Of a stretch of DNA of 54,775 bases, positions 7,242 through 15,612 are shown piece by piece (position 1 is the first letter of the stretch; each line of letters begins with the position of its first letter). A program made the translations under genes and the position numbers. The notes beneath the pieces are model-generated. The model had not been told where the DNA came from. It ran no database searches and saw only the letters and a program-made list of their open reading frames with translations. Source of the stretch: Candidatus Kerfeldbacteria bacterium (GTDB taxonomy: Bacteria; Patescibacteriota; Patescibacteriia; UBA9570; XYC2-FULL-38-9); contig JAHBAR020000033.1 of NCBI GenBank assembly GCA_018500015.2, forward strand, positions 1 to 54,775, written 5' to 3'.

Positions 7242-10187
7242 TTATATCGAACGAATCGCGTTTTTTATTTTCTCGACCCAATCAGTGCCAAGTTCATCGA
7301 TTGTTGCGCGCACTTTATACTCACCAGCATTTTTGGTGTACACCAATTCCCATGGCTCTCTCAGATGAGTGAGTGGCGCTTGAGCAGTGAGTGTGATGCG
7401 TGCGGTTTTAAGCTGGTTGTGACTGCTTGGGTAAAGAGTGTTAATGGAAAGCAGCGAAGACCTGCTTGCGAGTAATTTGATTTCAAGAAGATCGAATAAT
7501 CTAGCAAACTCTTCGGGCAAATGATTGTATCGCGCCGCACGAGAGCGCAGATCGTCGACATCCGCGATGTTCGCAAGCTCTTGATAGAGCACGATGCGCT
7601 CTTCTTGCGATGGATACAGCGTCTCAGGAATACGCGCGCTAAAGGGAAGATCAATTGGAATGTCGCGTTGCACAGGCTCTGGATTGCCTTCGAGTTCCGC
7701 AACCGCTTGATTAAGCAAGCGTCCATACAAATTCAAACCAATTTTCACAGCGTGCCCGTGCTGATCTTTGCCGAGAATATTTCCAACGCCGCGAATTTCC
7801 ATATCTCTGAGTGCAAGTTCAAACCCAGCGCCGAGCATGTGCGATTCTTGGAGCGCGGTCATGCGTTTCATCGCATCTTCGTCGAGTTGGTGTTCGGAAT
7901 AGAGTAGGAGAGCATACCCTTGAATGGTAGAGCGTCCTACGCGCCCCTTGAGTTGGTAGAGCTCTGCGAGCCCAAAGTGCGTTGCGTGTTCGACGATGAT
8001 AGTATTTGCCCTTGGAATATCCAAACCGTTTTCAACGATAGTGGTTGCAAGAAGCAAATCAATCTCGCCTGTGTCAAAATCATGCATCACTTGTGCAAGA
8101 TTTTTTTCATCCATTTGTCCGTGTGCTATGCCTATACGCATGTCAGGAAACAACTCTTGCAGAGTTTGTTTTTTGAGTTCGATGCCTTGTACTCGGTTGT
8201 AAATGTAGTAGAGCTGACCAGAGCGATCGAGTTCGCGTTGAATTGCATTTTTTACAAGGGCGGTATCAAAACGTTCAATGCGCAAGTCGATAGTTTTACG
8301 CTCGCGCGGAGCTGTAAGAATTGTGGAGATGTCGCGAATGCCTGAGAGCGAGAGATTGAGCGTGCGCGGGATTGGTGTTGCGGTCATGGTAAGCACATGC
8401 GCGTGTGCGCGATGATGTTGCAAACCTTCTTTTGCTTTGACACCAAACCGCTGCTCTTCATCGATGACGATCACGCCAAGAGAATGCCAATGAACATCTT
8501 TAGAAAGAAGGCGGTGCGTGCCAATGACAATGTCGACGGTTCCGTTGCGTATACCTTCCAGCGTGACCTTTTGTTCCTTAGGCGATTGGAAGCGAGAGAG
8601 TGCCGCGACCCGAATACCAAAAGTATTCAAGCGCTCAGTAAATGTATCGAAATGCTGCTGAGCGAGCACGGTCGTAGGAGCCAAGATCGCAACCTGTTGA
8701 TGATGGAACGCCGCTCGGAATGCAAGACGAAGTGCGATCTCTGTTTTGCCAAAGCCAACATCGCCGCACAGGAGTCGGTCCATGGGGAGTTGCTTTTCGC
8801 AATCTGAAAAGACATCGGCAAGGGCAGTTGTTTGATCTTGTGTGAGCTCGAATTCACACAATGCGTTCAGTCGCTCTTCTTCATCAACAGGGGAGAGGAC
8901 TGGCGCTTGAGCGATAGATCTTCGAGCGTAGGTGTGCAATAAATCGCGCGCCATGTCGAGCGCTTGTGCTTTGACGCGCGCCACAACTTCGTGCCAGGAC
9001 GCATCTGACAAGCGCGAAATTTTTGGATGCGGATCACCAACGTAGGTGTCGAGGTAATCGGCGAGTTCAACAGGCACGTACACTTTGTCGCCCTGTGCGT
9101 ATTCCATGACAAAGTACTCATGCATGATGTCGTTAACTGGCATCTGTGTCATTCCAATGAATTTTCCAATGCCATGAAAAATATGCACTGCATGATCACC
9201 GGGTTTAAGCGTCATGAGCACCGCAACCTTTTTCTTTTTTGTTTTACGTTGCTCTGATGATGCGCTACCGATGCTGTGATCAGTCAAAATGATTGTGTTC
9301 TGTTCGCGATCAATAACTCCTTCGTTTGCAGTTTCTACATTGATAACAATGGGTTTAAGTGAGCCGAGCGTGCCTACTAAGCGGTCGGGATGTTGGCTTA
9401 CTACAATGTGCGTAGTGAACTGATGAGCAATTTTTAGGAGCTCTGGAACGCGATGCTGATAGGATGCGAGCCTTTCTAGTTTTGCTCCCTCAGAAGTAAA
9501 AAGCGGAGTCACATCGATGTGTTGAAGTAGAGTTTCAATATGCGTGTTCCATGTAAGCACGCGAGTGTCTCGTGGAAGAAGATCGAGAAGTGTGCACGTT
9601 CCGGTGAGTATTTTTGGAAATAGAGTGAGAGTGCTCACTGTCTCAAGTCGCGTACCTGTTGCGAGATCAAAAGCGTACATATCTTGCACAACATCGTCTT
9701 CGCACACTATGCGTACTGGAATTTCGATGTACACATCGAATACCGACCCGCGACTTGCGAAACTCCACTCCGTGTCAGCTTGCGTATTGCGCTCATAGTC
9801 GTTGCGCACACACCATGATGCGAGTTCTGTGAGTATAAGCTTATCACCAACGCGAAGCGTGCGAGTTTTTTTACCCGCTTCGGAAATGGTTGGAAGGGTT
9901 GCCTCTTGAGCAAAGGCAGAATGGGTGAGTATGATCTCTCCTGCGCTCAAGTTCCCGACGCGAAAGATGTCTTGAGAGGAGGATGTAAAAGGAAAAATAT
10001 GATTACACCCAAAGCCTTTGAGCAGTTCATAGAGCTTTTCAACATCTTTTATATGATCACAAATGATGTTCAATGGGAATTGACCTTTTGTTTTTGAAAT
10101 CGAGATAGCATAAGCCAGCGCCAAAAGGTTTGGGACCCCTCCGCGCTTTGCGTACCGTTCTGTCGTATCTAAAATATCCATTGCCAT
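7242..10187 (-). CDS. mfd: Transcription-repair coupling factor
   Basis: CarD/RID (PGDHAVHIFHGIGKF), DRLLCGDVGFGKTE, IDEEQRFG, ATPIPRT, GLAELYQLKGRVGR, TRCF domain. Confidence 0.93.
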   Translation of the reverse strand: MAMDILDTTERYAKRGGVPNLLALAYAISISKTKGQFPLNIICDHIKDVEKLYELLKGFGCNHIFPFTSSSQDIFRVGNLSAGEIILTHSAFAQEATLPTISEAGKKTRTLRVGDKLILTELASWCVRNDYERNTQADTEWSFASRGSVFDVYIEIPVRIVCEDDVVQDMYAFDLATGTRLETVSTLTLFPKILTGTCTLLDLLPRDTRVLTWNTHIETLLQHIDVTPLFTSEGAKLERLASYQHRVPELLKIAHQFTTHIVVSQHPDRLVGTLGSLKPIVINVETANEGVIDREQNTIILTDHSIGSASSEQRKTKKKKVAVLMTLKPGDHAVHIFHGIGKFIGMTQMPVNDIMHEYFVMEYAQGDKVYVPVELADYLDTYVGDPHPKISRLSDASWHEVVARVKAQALDMARDLLHTYARRSIAQAPVLSPVDEEERLNALCEFELTQDQTTALADVFSDCEKQLPMDRLLCGDVGFGKTEIALRLAFRAAFHHQQVAILAPTTVLAQQHFDTFTERLNTFGIRVAALSRFQSPKEQKVTLEGIRNGTVDIVIGTHRLLSKDVHWHSLGVIVIDEEQRFGVKAKEGLQHHRAHAHVLTMTATPIPRTLNLSLSGIRDISTILTAPRERKTIDLRIERFDTALVKNAIQRELDRSGQLYYIYNRVQGIELKKQTLQELFPDMRIGIAHGQMDEKNLAQVMHDFDTGEIDLLLATTIVENGLDIPRANTIIVEHATHFGLAELYQLKGRVGRSTIQGYALLLYSEHQLDEDAMKRMTALQESHMLGAGFELALRDMEIRGVGNILGKDQHGHAVKIGLNLYGRLLNQAVAELEGNPEPVQRDIPIDLPFSARIPETLYPSQEERIVLYQELANIADVDDLRSRAARYNHLPEEFARLFDLLEIKLLASRSSLLSINTLYPSSHNQLKTARITLTAQAPLTHLREPWELVYTKNAGEYKVRATIDELGTDWVEKIKNAIRSI

Positions 10188-10238
10188 ACGGCAAACAATA
10201 GTCTACATGAACTTTTTCCTTTGTGCTATGGTTATTGC

Positions 10239-11399
10239 ATGGAGACCAATGACACCTCAATTCCATTGCCAGAGCGTTTACGACCGCAGACTTTTGATGA
10301 ATATGTTGGTCAAACGCATATTGTTGGTGCAGATGCGCTGTTAAAAACAGTGTTGCGCAGTGGAAGCGTGCCATCGATGATTCTCTGGGGTCCGCCGGGT
10401 TCTGGAAAAACAACACTCGCTCATTTGCTGGCAAAACAGGTGAAGGCTGAATGCGTGCAGATGTCGGCGATTTCTTCGGGTAAACAAGAACTCACCAAAG
10501 TCATTGCTGATGCGAAACAACGCAAAGAATTTTTTAAACAGAACACCATTCTTTTCGTTGATGAAATTCATCGATGGAATAAAGCGCAGCAAGACGCGCT
10601 CCTCAGCGCAGTTGAAAAAGGGGTAATTACATTCATTGGCGCGACAACAGAAAATCCATCGTTTGAAGTAAACAACGCGCTACTTTCACGATGCCAAGTC
10701 ATTGTGCTGAAAAGTTTGACTGAAAAAGAACTCGATGTCATTGCGCGCCGAGCAGAAAAAACAATCAATTTCACATTGCCTGATGATGTGCGCTCTCATG
10801 TTGTTGGGCTGAGCAATGGTGATGCCCGTGTGATGCTGAATATGGTTGATGTGCTTTCAAAAGCGACCATCAAACTCACCCTTGAAAATGTGCGTACGCT
10901 GTTACAAAAAACATTGCAGTATGATCGGCATGCTGAAGAGCATTACAATACAATTTCAGCGCTCCACAAATCGATGCGTGCTTCTGATCCAACAGCGAGC
11001 GTGTATTGGCTCGCACGGATGCTTGAAGCTGGTGAAGATCCGCTGTACGTTGCTCGTCGTGTCATTCGTTTTGCTTCAGAAGATATTGGTAATGCAAAAC
11101 CAAACGCACTTGTACTCGCGGTTGCGGCATATCAAGCGTGCCATATGCTTGGCATGCCTGAGTGCAATTTGGCGCTCACGCAAGCGGTGGAATATTGCGC
11201 CTCAGCTCCAAAGTCTCGCGCAATGGATACTGCGTATGTGCGAGCCAAAAAAGATATTATCGATCGACCTCAAGGGGCAATTCCGATGCACTTGCGCAAT
11301 GCTCCAACACAGCTCATGAAAGAGCTCGGATACGGAAAACGAGAGCAAGACAGCAATATGCCTCAAGGATTAGAAGACAGAAATTATTTTTCCGACTGA
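10239..11399 (+). CDS. rarA: Replication-associated recombination protein A (MgsA)
   Basis: PLPERLRP, WGPPGSGKTT, FVDEIHRWNKAQQD, GATTENPSF, ISALHKSMR. Confidence 0.93.
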   Translation: METNDTSIPLPERLRPQTFDEYVGQTHIVGADALLKTVLRSGSVPSMILWGPPGSGKTTLAHLLAKQVKAECVQMSAISSGKQELTKVIADAKQRKEFFKQNTILFVDEIHRWNKAQQDALLSAVEKGVITFIGATTENPSFEVNNALLSRCQVIVLKSLTEKELDVIARRAEKTINFTLPDDVRSHVVGLSNGDARVMLNMVDVLSKATIKLTLENVRTLLQKTLQYDRHAEEHYNTISALHKSMRASDPTASVYWLARMLEAGEDPLYVARRVIRFASEDIGNAKPNALVLAVAAYQACHMLGMPECNLALTQAVEYCASAPKSRAMDTAYVRAKKDIIDRPQGAIPMHLRNAPTQLMKELGYGKREQDSNMPQGLEDRNYFSD

Positions 11400-11947
11400 A
11401 CAGTGATATCGCGATGTGTTTGCGGGTTGAGGCCGCGGACAACAATATCTCTAATTGCTTCTTCAGCAGCCTGTAGAATTTCAGGAAGTACTTTTTCTTC
11501 ATCAGCAGTAAATGGTGCAAGTACGTAGTCAGCCGCATCCCACTGCTCAGGCATCATTCCAACGCCAATTTTGATGCGAGGGAACTCCTTACTGCCGAGG
11601 CGTTCGATGATCGACTTGATGCCGTTGTGTCCTGCATCAGATCCGCTTGAACGCAAGCGCAGAGTGCCAAAAGGAATTTCTTTGTCGTCATAAATGACTA
11701 CAATACGCTCAACTGGAATATCATAGAAATGCGCGAGTGGCTGCACAGCGTCACCAGAATCATTCATGTAGGTGAGTGGTTTGCAGTAGATGATGTTATC
11801 GCGTTTTGTAACTAACGCATTGAATTTTTTTTCTTCACGAAAATCTGAAGCAAGAGCGTCAAGAATACGAAAGCCCACGTTGTGACGTGTACGGTCGTAT
11901 TTTTTTTCTGGATTACCTAAGCCCACGATGAGCCAAAGATTGTGCAT
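11384..11947 (-). CDS. pth: Peptidyl-tRNA hydrolase
   Basis: LIVGLGNP, TRHNVGF, KPLTYMN, GHNGIKSI. Confidence 0.95.
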   Translation of the reverse strand: MHNLWLIVGLGNPEKKYDRTRHNVGFRILDALASDFREEKKFNALVTKRDNIIYCKPLTYMNDSGDAVQPLAHFYDIPVERIVVIYDDKEIPFGTLRLRSSGSDAGHNGIKSIIERLGSKEFPRIKIGVGMMPEQWDAADYVLAPFTADEEKVLPEILQAAEEAIRDIVVRGLNPQTHRDITVQSEK

Positions 11948-11950
11948 AGA

Positions 11951-13303
11951 TTATTGATCGATCTCGATAATAATTTTGACGCCATCAAAATCAAAACGTT
12001 CGCGAAGTTCGCGTTCCAAAATATCTGGAATTGCGCGTGGTACATCTTTTGGCTTATTCACTTGCAAATAGAAGTGTGGAGGAGCAGTACGTGTTTGCTC
12101 AAAGCGGAAGAAACGGACATTTGGTGCTTTGTGTTTGCGTACGTTGGTTTTTTTTGGTTTGTATAAATTTTGCGCATACTCACGCAGTGGCTCGAGCTCT
12201 TCAATAGTGAGTTTGCGATTATAGTTTTCAAGAACGTTTCCAACCAAATCAAGGGTATCTGTAACGCGCACATGTTCTTTTGCTGAGATGAAAATCATTG
12301 GTGCCCATGCAAGATAGGGAAGCGAGTTGTGAAAATAACGAATGAAGTCGTTGATCGTGTTGGAATCTTTTTCTGGAATCACATCCCATTTGTTGACGAC
12401 AATGATGAGTGCTTTGTTGTGCTCTGAAATAATTTGTGCAATTTTTTTATCTTGTGCTGCGATTGATTTTTGCGCTTCAACAACAAACAACACCACGTCA
12501 GCACGTTCGATAGCGCGGAGTGAAGCATCGACGCTTTGTTTTTCAATCAAGCCTAAGCGCTTATCGCCCCATTTGTGTCCAACCTTTGCTTGCTTACGAA
12601 TGCCGGCAGTGTCAATGAGCATATAGTGCTTGCCTTCGTAATCATATTGAATATCGTTGGCATCACGAGTGGTGTGAGCAGCATCGGCAACGATCACGCG
12701 ATCTTCACCAAGAATGCTGTTGATGAGAGAAGATTTGCCTACATTTGGACGGCCGACGATTGCAATTTTTTTACGCTTTACATCGCGCTCTGCAGTCTGT
12801 TCGAGTGGAAGATACTGAAAGAGTGCGTCCAAGATGTCTCCTGTACCTCTTCCGGAAACCGCAGACATAATGTGTGTTTCTTTGATGCCAAGAGAGTAGA
12901 TGTTTTGATCCATCTGTGCTGCTTTTGTGTTACCGTCGATTTTGTTGACGCCAAGCACAATTGGTTTGCCAGCTTTTTGATATTGCGCGAGGAGTTTGCG
13001 TTCTTGTGGCAGTACGCCAGTGAGGCCGTCGATCACAAACAAAATAACATCCGCCTCTTTAATAGCGCGCTGAGCAGCTTCCACAACGCGTTTTTCGAGT
13101 TGTTCATCTTTTTCCACGTCCATGCCACCGGTGTCGACAAGAAGGCATTCGCGTCCGCGCCAGAATATGCTTCCGTATTTGAGGTCGCGCGTGGTTCCCG
13201 GGAACGACGAAATAATAGCGTCCTCAGTATGTGTGAGCTTGTTGAACAAGGTTGATTTGCCGACATTCATGCGGCCGACGATTGCGATACACGGAAGTTT
13301 CAT
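11951..13303 (-). CDS. der: Ribosome biogenesis GTPase Der (EngA)
   Basis: Two GTPase domains (GRMNVGKS/DTGG and GRPNVGKS/DTAG/NKWD). Confidence 0.95.
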   Translation of the reverse strand: MKLPCIAIVGRMNVGKSTLFNKLTHTEDAIISSFPGTTRDLKYGSIFWRGRECLLVDTGGMDVEKDEQLEKRVVEAAQRAIKEADVILFVIDGLTGVLPQERKLLAQYQKAGKPIVLGVNKIDGNTKAAQMDQNIYSLGIKETHIMSAVSGRGTGDILDALFQYLPLEQTAERDVKRKKIAIVGRPNVGKSSLINSILGEDRVIVADAAHTTRDANDIQYDYEGKHYMLIDTAGIRKQAKVGHKWGDKRLGLIEKQSVDASLRAIERADVVLFVVEAQKSIAAQDKKIAQIISEHNKALIIVVNKWDVIPEKDSNTINDFIRYFHNSLPYLAWAPMIFISAKEHVRVTDTLDLVGNVLENYNRKLTIEELEPLREYAQNLYKPKKTNVRKHKAPNVRFFRFEQTRTAPPHFYLQVNKPKDVPRAIPDILERELRERFDFDGVKIIIEIDQ

Positions 13304-13308
13304 ACTCG

Positions 13309-14988
13309 TTATTGTGCCAGATGTTGCTGGTCTTTACCAAGGATTACCACAATATCCGTGGTTTCGTCCAGTATGGAGGTATCAACGATGTTTGGATTGA
13401 GGTCAGTTGAGCTGCGGATTGTTGTGCTTGTTGGCAGTGTTGCGGGGGTACTAGTGACACCAAGCAACGTTTCAAGAGCGGTGAGTGCTGCCGAAACTTC
13501 ACCGTTGGAAAGATCATAAATGCGCGTTGTAGTTTGAGTCCTGTCAATCGCATTTCCAATAGCGACGTTTGTCATGCCTAGCGCTTCTAAGCGTGTTTGA
13601 GCTGTGCCCGCAAGCCCAGTGATACCAGCGCCATTTTGAACAACAATGCGCGTTGCGCTCAGCGAAACCCAAGTGCCTTCGTTTGTCTGCGTTGCGGAGT
13701 CTGTATCATGTATTGTTTCTTCCACGACAGGATTGATCGCTGCCTGAATCACTGCTTGAATTTCGGAGTAGTCGGCGAGCCCTGCTCTTGGCTCAAGATA
13801 AAATGCACCGGTGGTTGTCGAGTGTTCGTTGATAAGCACACTCTCTTCAGAATCTGCGTCAAGAATAACATTGACTATGTCATCTTGTTTCACTTCTTTG
13901 ACAAGATCTCCAATGCGTAGCATTTCCCACACCTCCATATCTGTGGTGGCGTGCTTGCCGACAGCTGTCAGTATGTTGGTGATAGCTGTTGGATTAAGAA
14001 GTGTTCCGACAGTAAATATTTTTTCTTTAAATGCTTGAATCACATCTTGTTGTCGTGCTGCGCGTGCAAAATCGCCGGCCTCTGTCTGATCATACCCTAA
14101 CGGTACTTTACGAATACGAGCGTACATGAGCGCTATATATCCATCCATGTGTTGCTCACCAGCAGAAAATGTGACACGGCAGTAGTATCCATCATCCAGA
14201 AGGTCTGTATTCAGAGCAGGGCACGGACTCTCTAGTTGGTCGACACCATAATGGCCGGTGAAGGCGCGCTCAACGTTGACCTCAATTCCACCAACAGCAT
14301 CAATAACATCTGTGAAGCCGTCAAAATCAATCTCTGCGTAATAATGAACCTCAAGCCCAGTAAGCATGGTGATAATCTTTTTTTCCATTTCTATATCGCC
14401 GTGCACAAGTACGCTGTTGATTTTGAGATAGTCTGCGGTTGCTAGATTTTCCGGTGGAATAGGAACAACCAGATCGCGAGGAATAGAAATGAGCGTCACT
14501 TTTTTCGTCGACGGCTGAACAGAGGCGACCATGATAGTGTCGGTGAGTGTGCCGCCCGGATAGTTCGCGCCACCTTTGCCTAACAGTAAGATGTTAATGC
14601 GGTCATCCTCCTCACCGTTGACCTTTTGAATGTTGGGAGCAATAATGCGTGCAATTTGTTCGATCGCTGAATGCTGAGAGTCTTTATTCGTAATCGAGTG
14701 TGTGATTATTGAATAGAGCGAATACCCATATGCCGCACCGCCGCATATAAACAGTAGGAGAGCTGCAAAAATACTCCATCGCACCCAATGACGTTTGCGT
14801 TGAGGAGTTGGTTGTTCTGCAACCTCCTCAACTGTAGGTGCATTGATGATGGGCGGTTCGTTGACAATGGCTTCCTCAACCAGTGTGTACTCTGAGATGT
14901 CACGATCTTGATCGGTGATTGGCGTTTGTTCTTTTGTATTTTTTTTTGAAGAGAGTTTTGTCACTCGTGGGGTGGTACGTTTTGGCAT
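13309..14988 (-). CDS. LCP family protein with LytR C-terminal domain
   Basis: NILLLG, TDTIMV, ISIPRDL, ALMYARIR, DFARAARQQ; C-terminal VQNGAGITGLA. Start placed 9 nt after a TATACT. Confidence 0.9.
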   Translation of the reverse strand: MPKRTTPRVTKLSSKKNTKEQTPITDQDRDISEYTLVEEAIVNEPPIINAPTVEEVAEQPTPQRKRHWVRWSIFAALLLFICGGAAYGYSLYSIITHSITNKDSQHSAIEQIARIIAPNIQKVNGEEDDRINILLLGKGGANYPGGTLTDTIMVASVQPSTKKVTLISIPRDLVVPIPPENLATADYLKINSVLVHGDIEMEKKIITMLTGLEVHYYAEIDFDGFTDVIDAVGGIEVNVERAFTGHYGVDQLESPCPALNTDLLDDGYYCRVTFSAGEQHMDGYIALMYARIRKVPLGYDQTEAGDFARAARQQDVIQAFKEKIFTVGTLLNPTAITNILTAVGKHATTDMEVWEMLRIGDLVKEVKQDDIVNVILDADSEESVLINEHSTTTGAFYLEPRAGLADYSEIQAVIQAAINPVVEETIHDTDSATQTNEGTWVSLSATRIVVQNGAGITGLAGTAQTRLEALGMTNVAIGNAIDRTQTTTRIYDLSNGEVSAALTALETLLGVTSTPATLPTSTTIRSSTDLNPNIVDTSILDETTDIVVILGKDQQHLAQ

Positions 14989-15090
14989 AACTGACACAGT
15001 ATAGCTGAGCATTTTTGTTTTGAATAGTCATTGACAAAAAAATAAAAAAGTGGGATAGTACACGCAACTTTTTAGTAAACAAATACGACT

Positions 15091-15393
15091 ATGGCTTCGC
15101 CCATGCACCAACTTATCAACGGTAACATCTTCGTTGAACTTGGACTCACCTCACTCAGCGACGGTGAAAAAGCGGATATGCTTGAACAAATTAACGACGT
15201 TGTGCTCAAGCGCGTGATGTTGCGGGTCATTGAGCTCATTTCAGATGAGCAAGCGCAAGCACTCGGAATGCTCCCTACAGATGAAGACAAGCTCAACTAC
15301 ATTTTGAAGGCGGTGCCAAATTTTGGAGAGCTTGTTGAAGATGAAATTCAAAAAATGAAACACGAAATCGCAGCAGCCTCACTCGTTTCTTAA
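15091..15393 (+). CDS. Small helical hypothetical protein
   Basis: Clean ORF downstream of TTGACA at 15031; leads an operon. Confidence 0.7.
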   Translation: MASPMHQLINGNIFVELGLTSLSDGEKADMLEQINDVVLKRVMLRVIELISDEQAQALGMLPTDEDKLNYILKAVPNFGELVEDEIQKMKHEIAAASLVS

Positions 15394-15402
15394 GACACAT
15401 AT

Positions 15403-15612
15403 ATGGAGCAAGCGTTAACTACAGCACCTGAAGATCTCAAAACAGCGGAGATTCGTCAAAAAATTCTCGCAGCACAGCAAGAGCTTGAGCACAAGCTGGC
15501 AAAATGTTCTGAAGAGCAAAAGTTGGTTCTAAAAGCTGTGCGCGAACGCGCCCGCCTTCACCACATTAACCAAGCTCGTGTACACATTCAATCTTTTAGT
15601 TCACATGTATGA
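15403..15612 (+). CDS. Small coiled-coil hypothetical protein
   Basis: ATGA overlap with the next gene. Confidence 0.6.
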   Translation: MEQALTTAPEDLKTAEIRQKILAAQQELEHKLAKCSEEQKLVLKAVRERARLHHINQARVHIQSFSSHV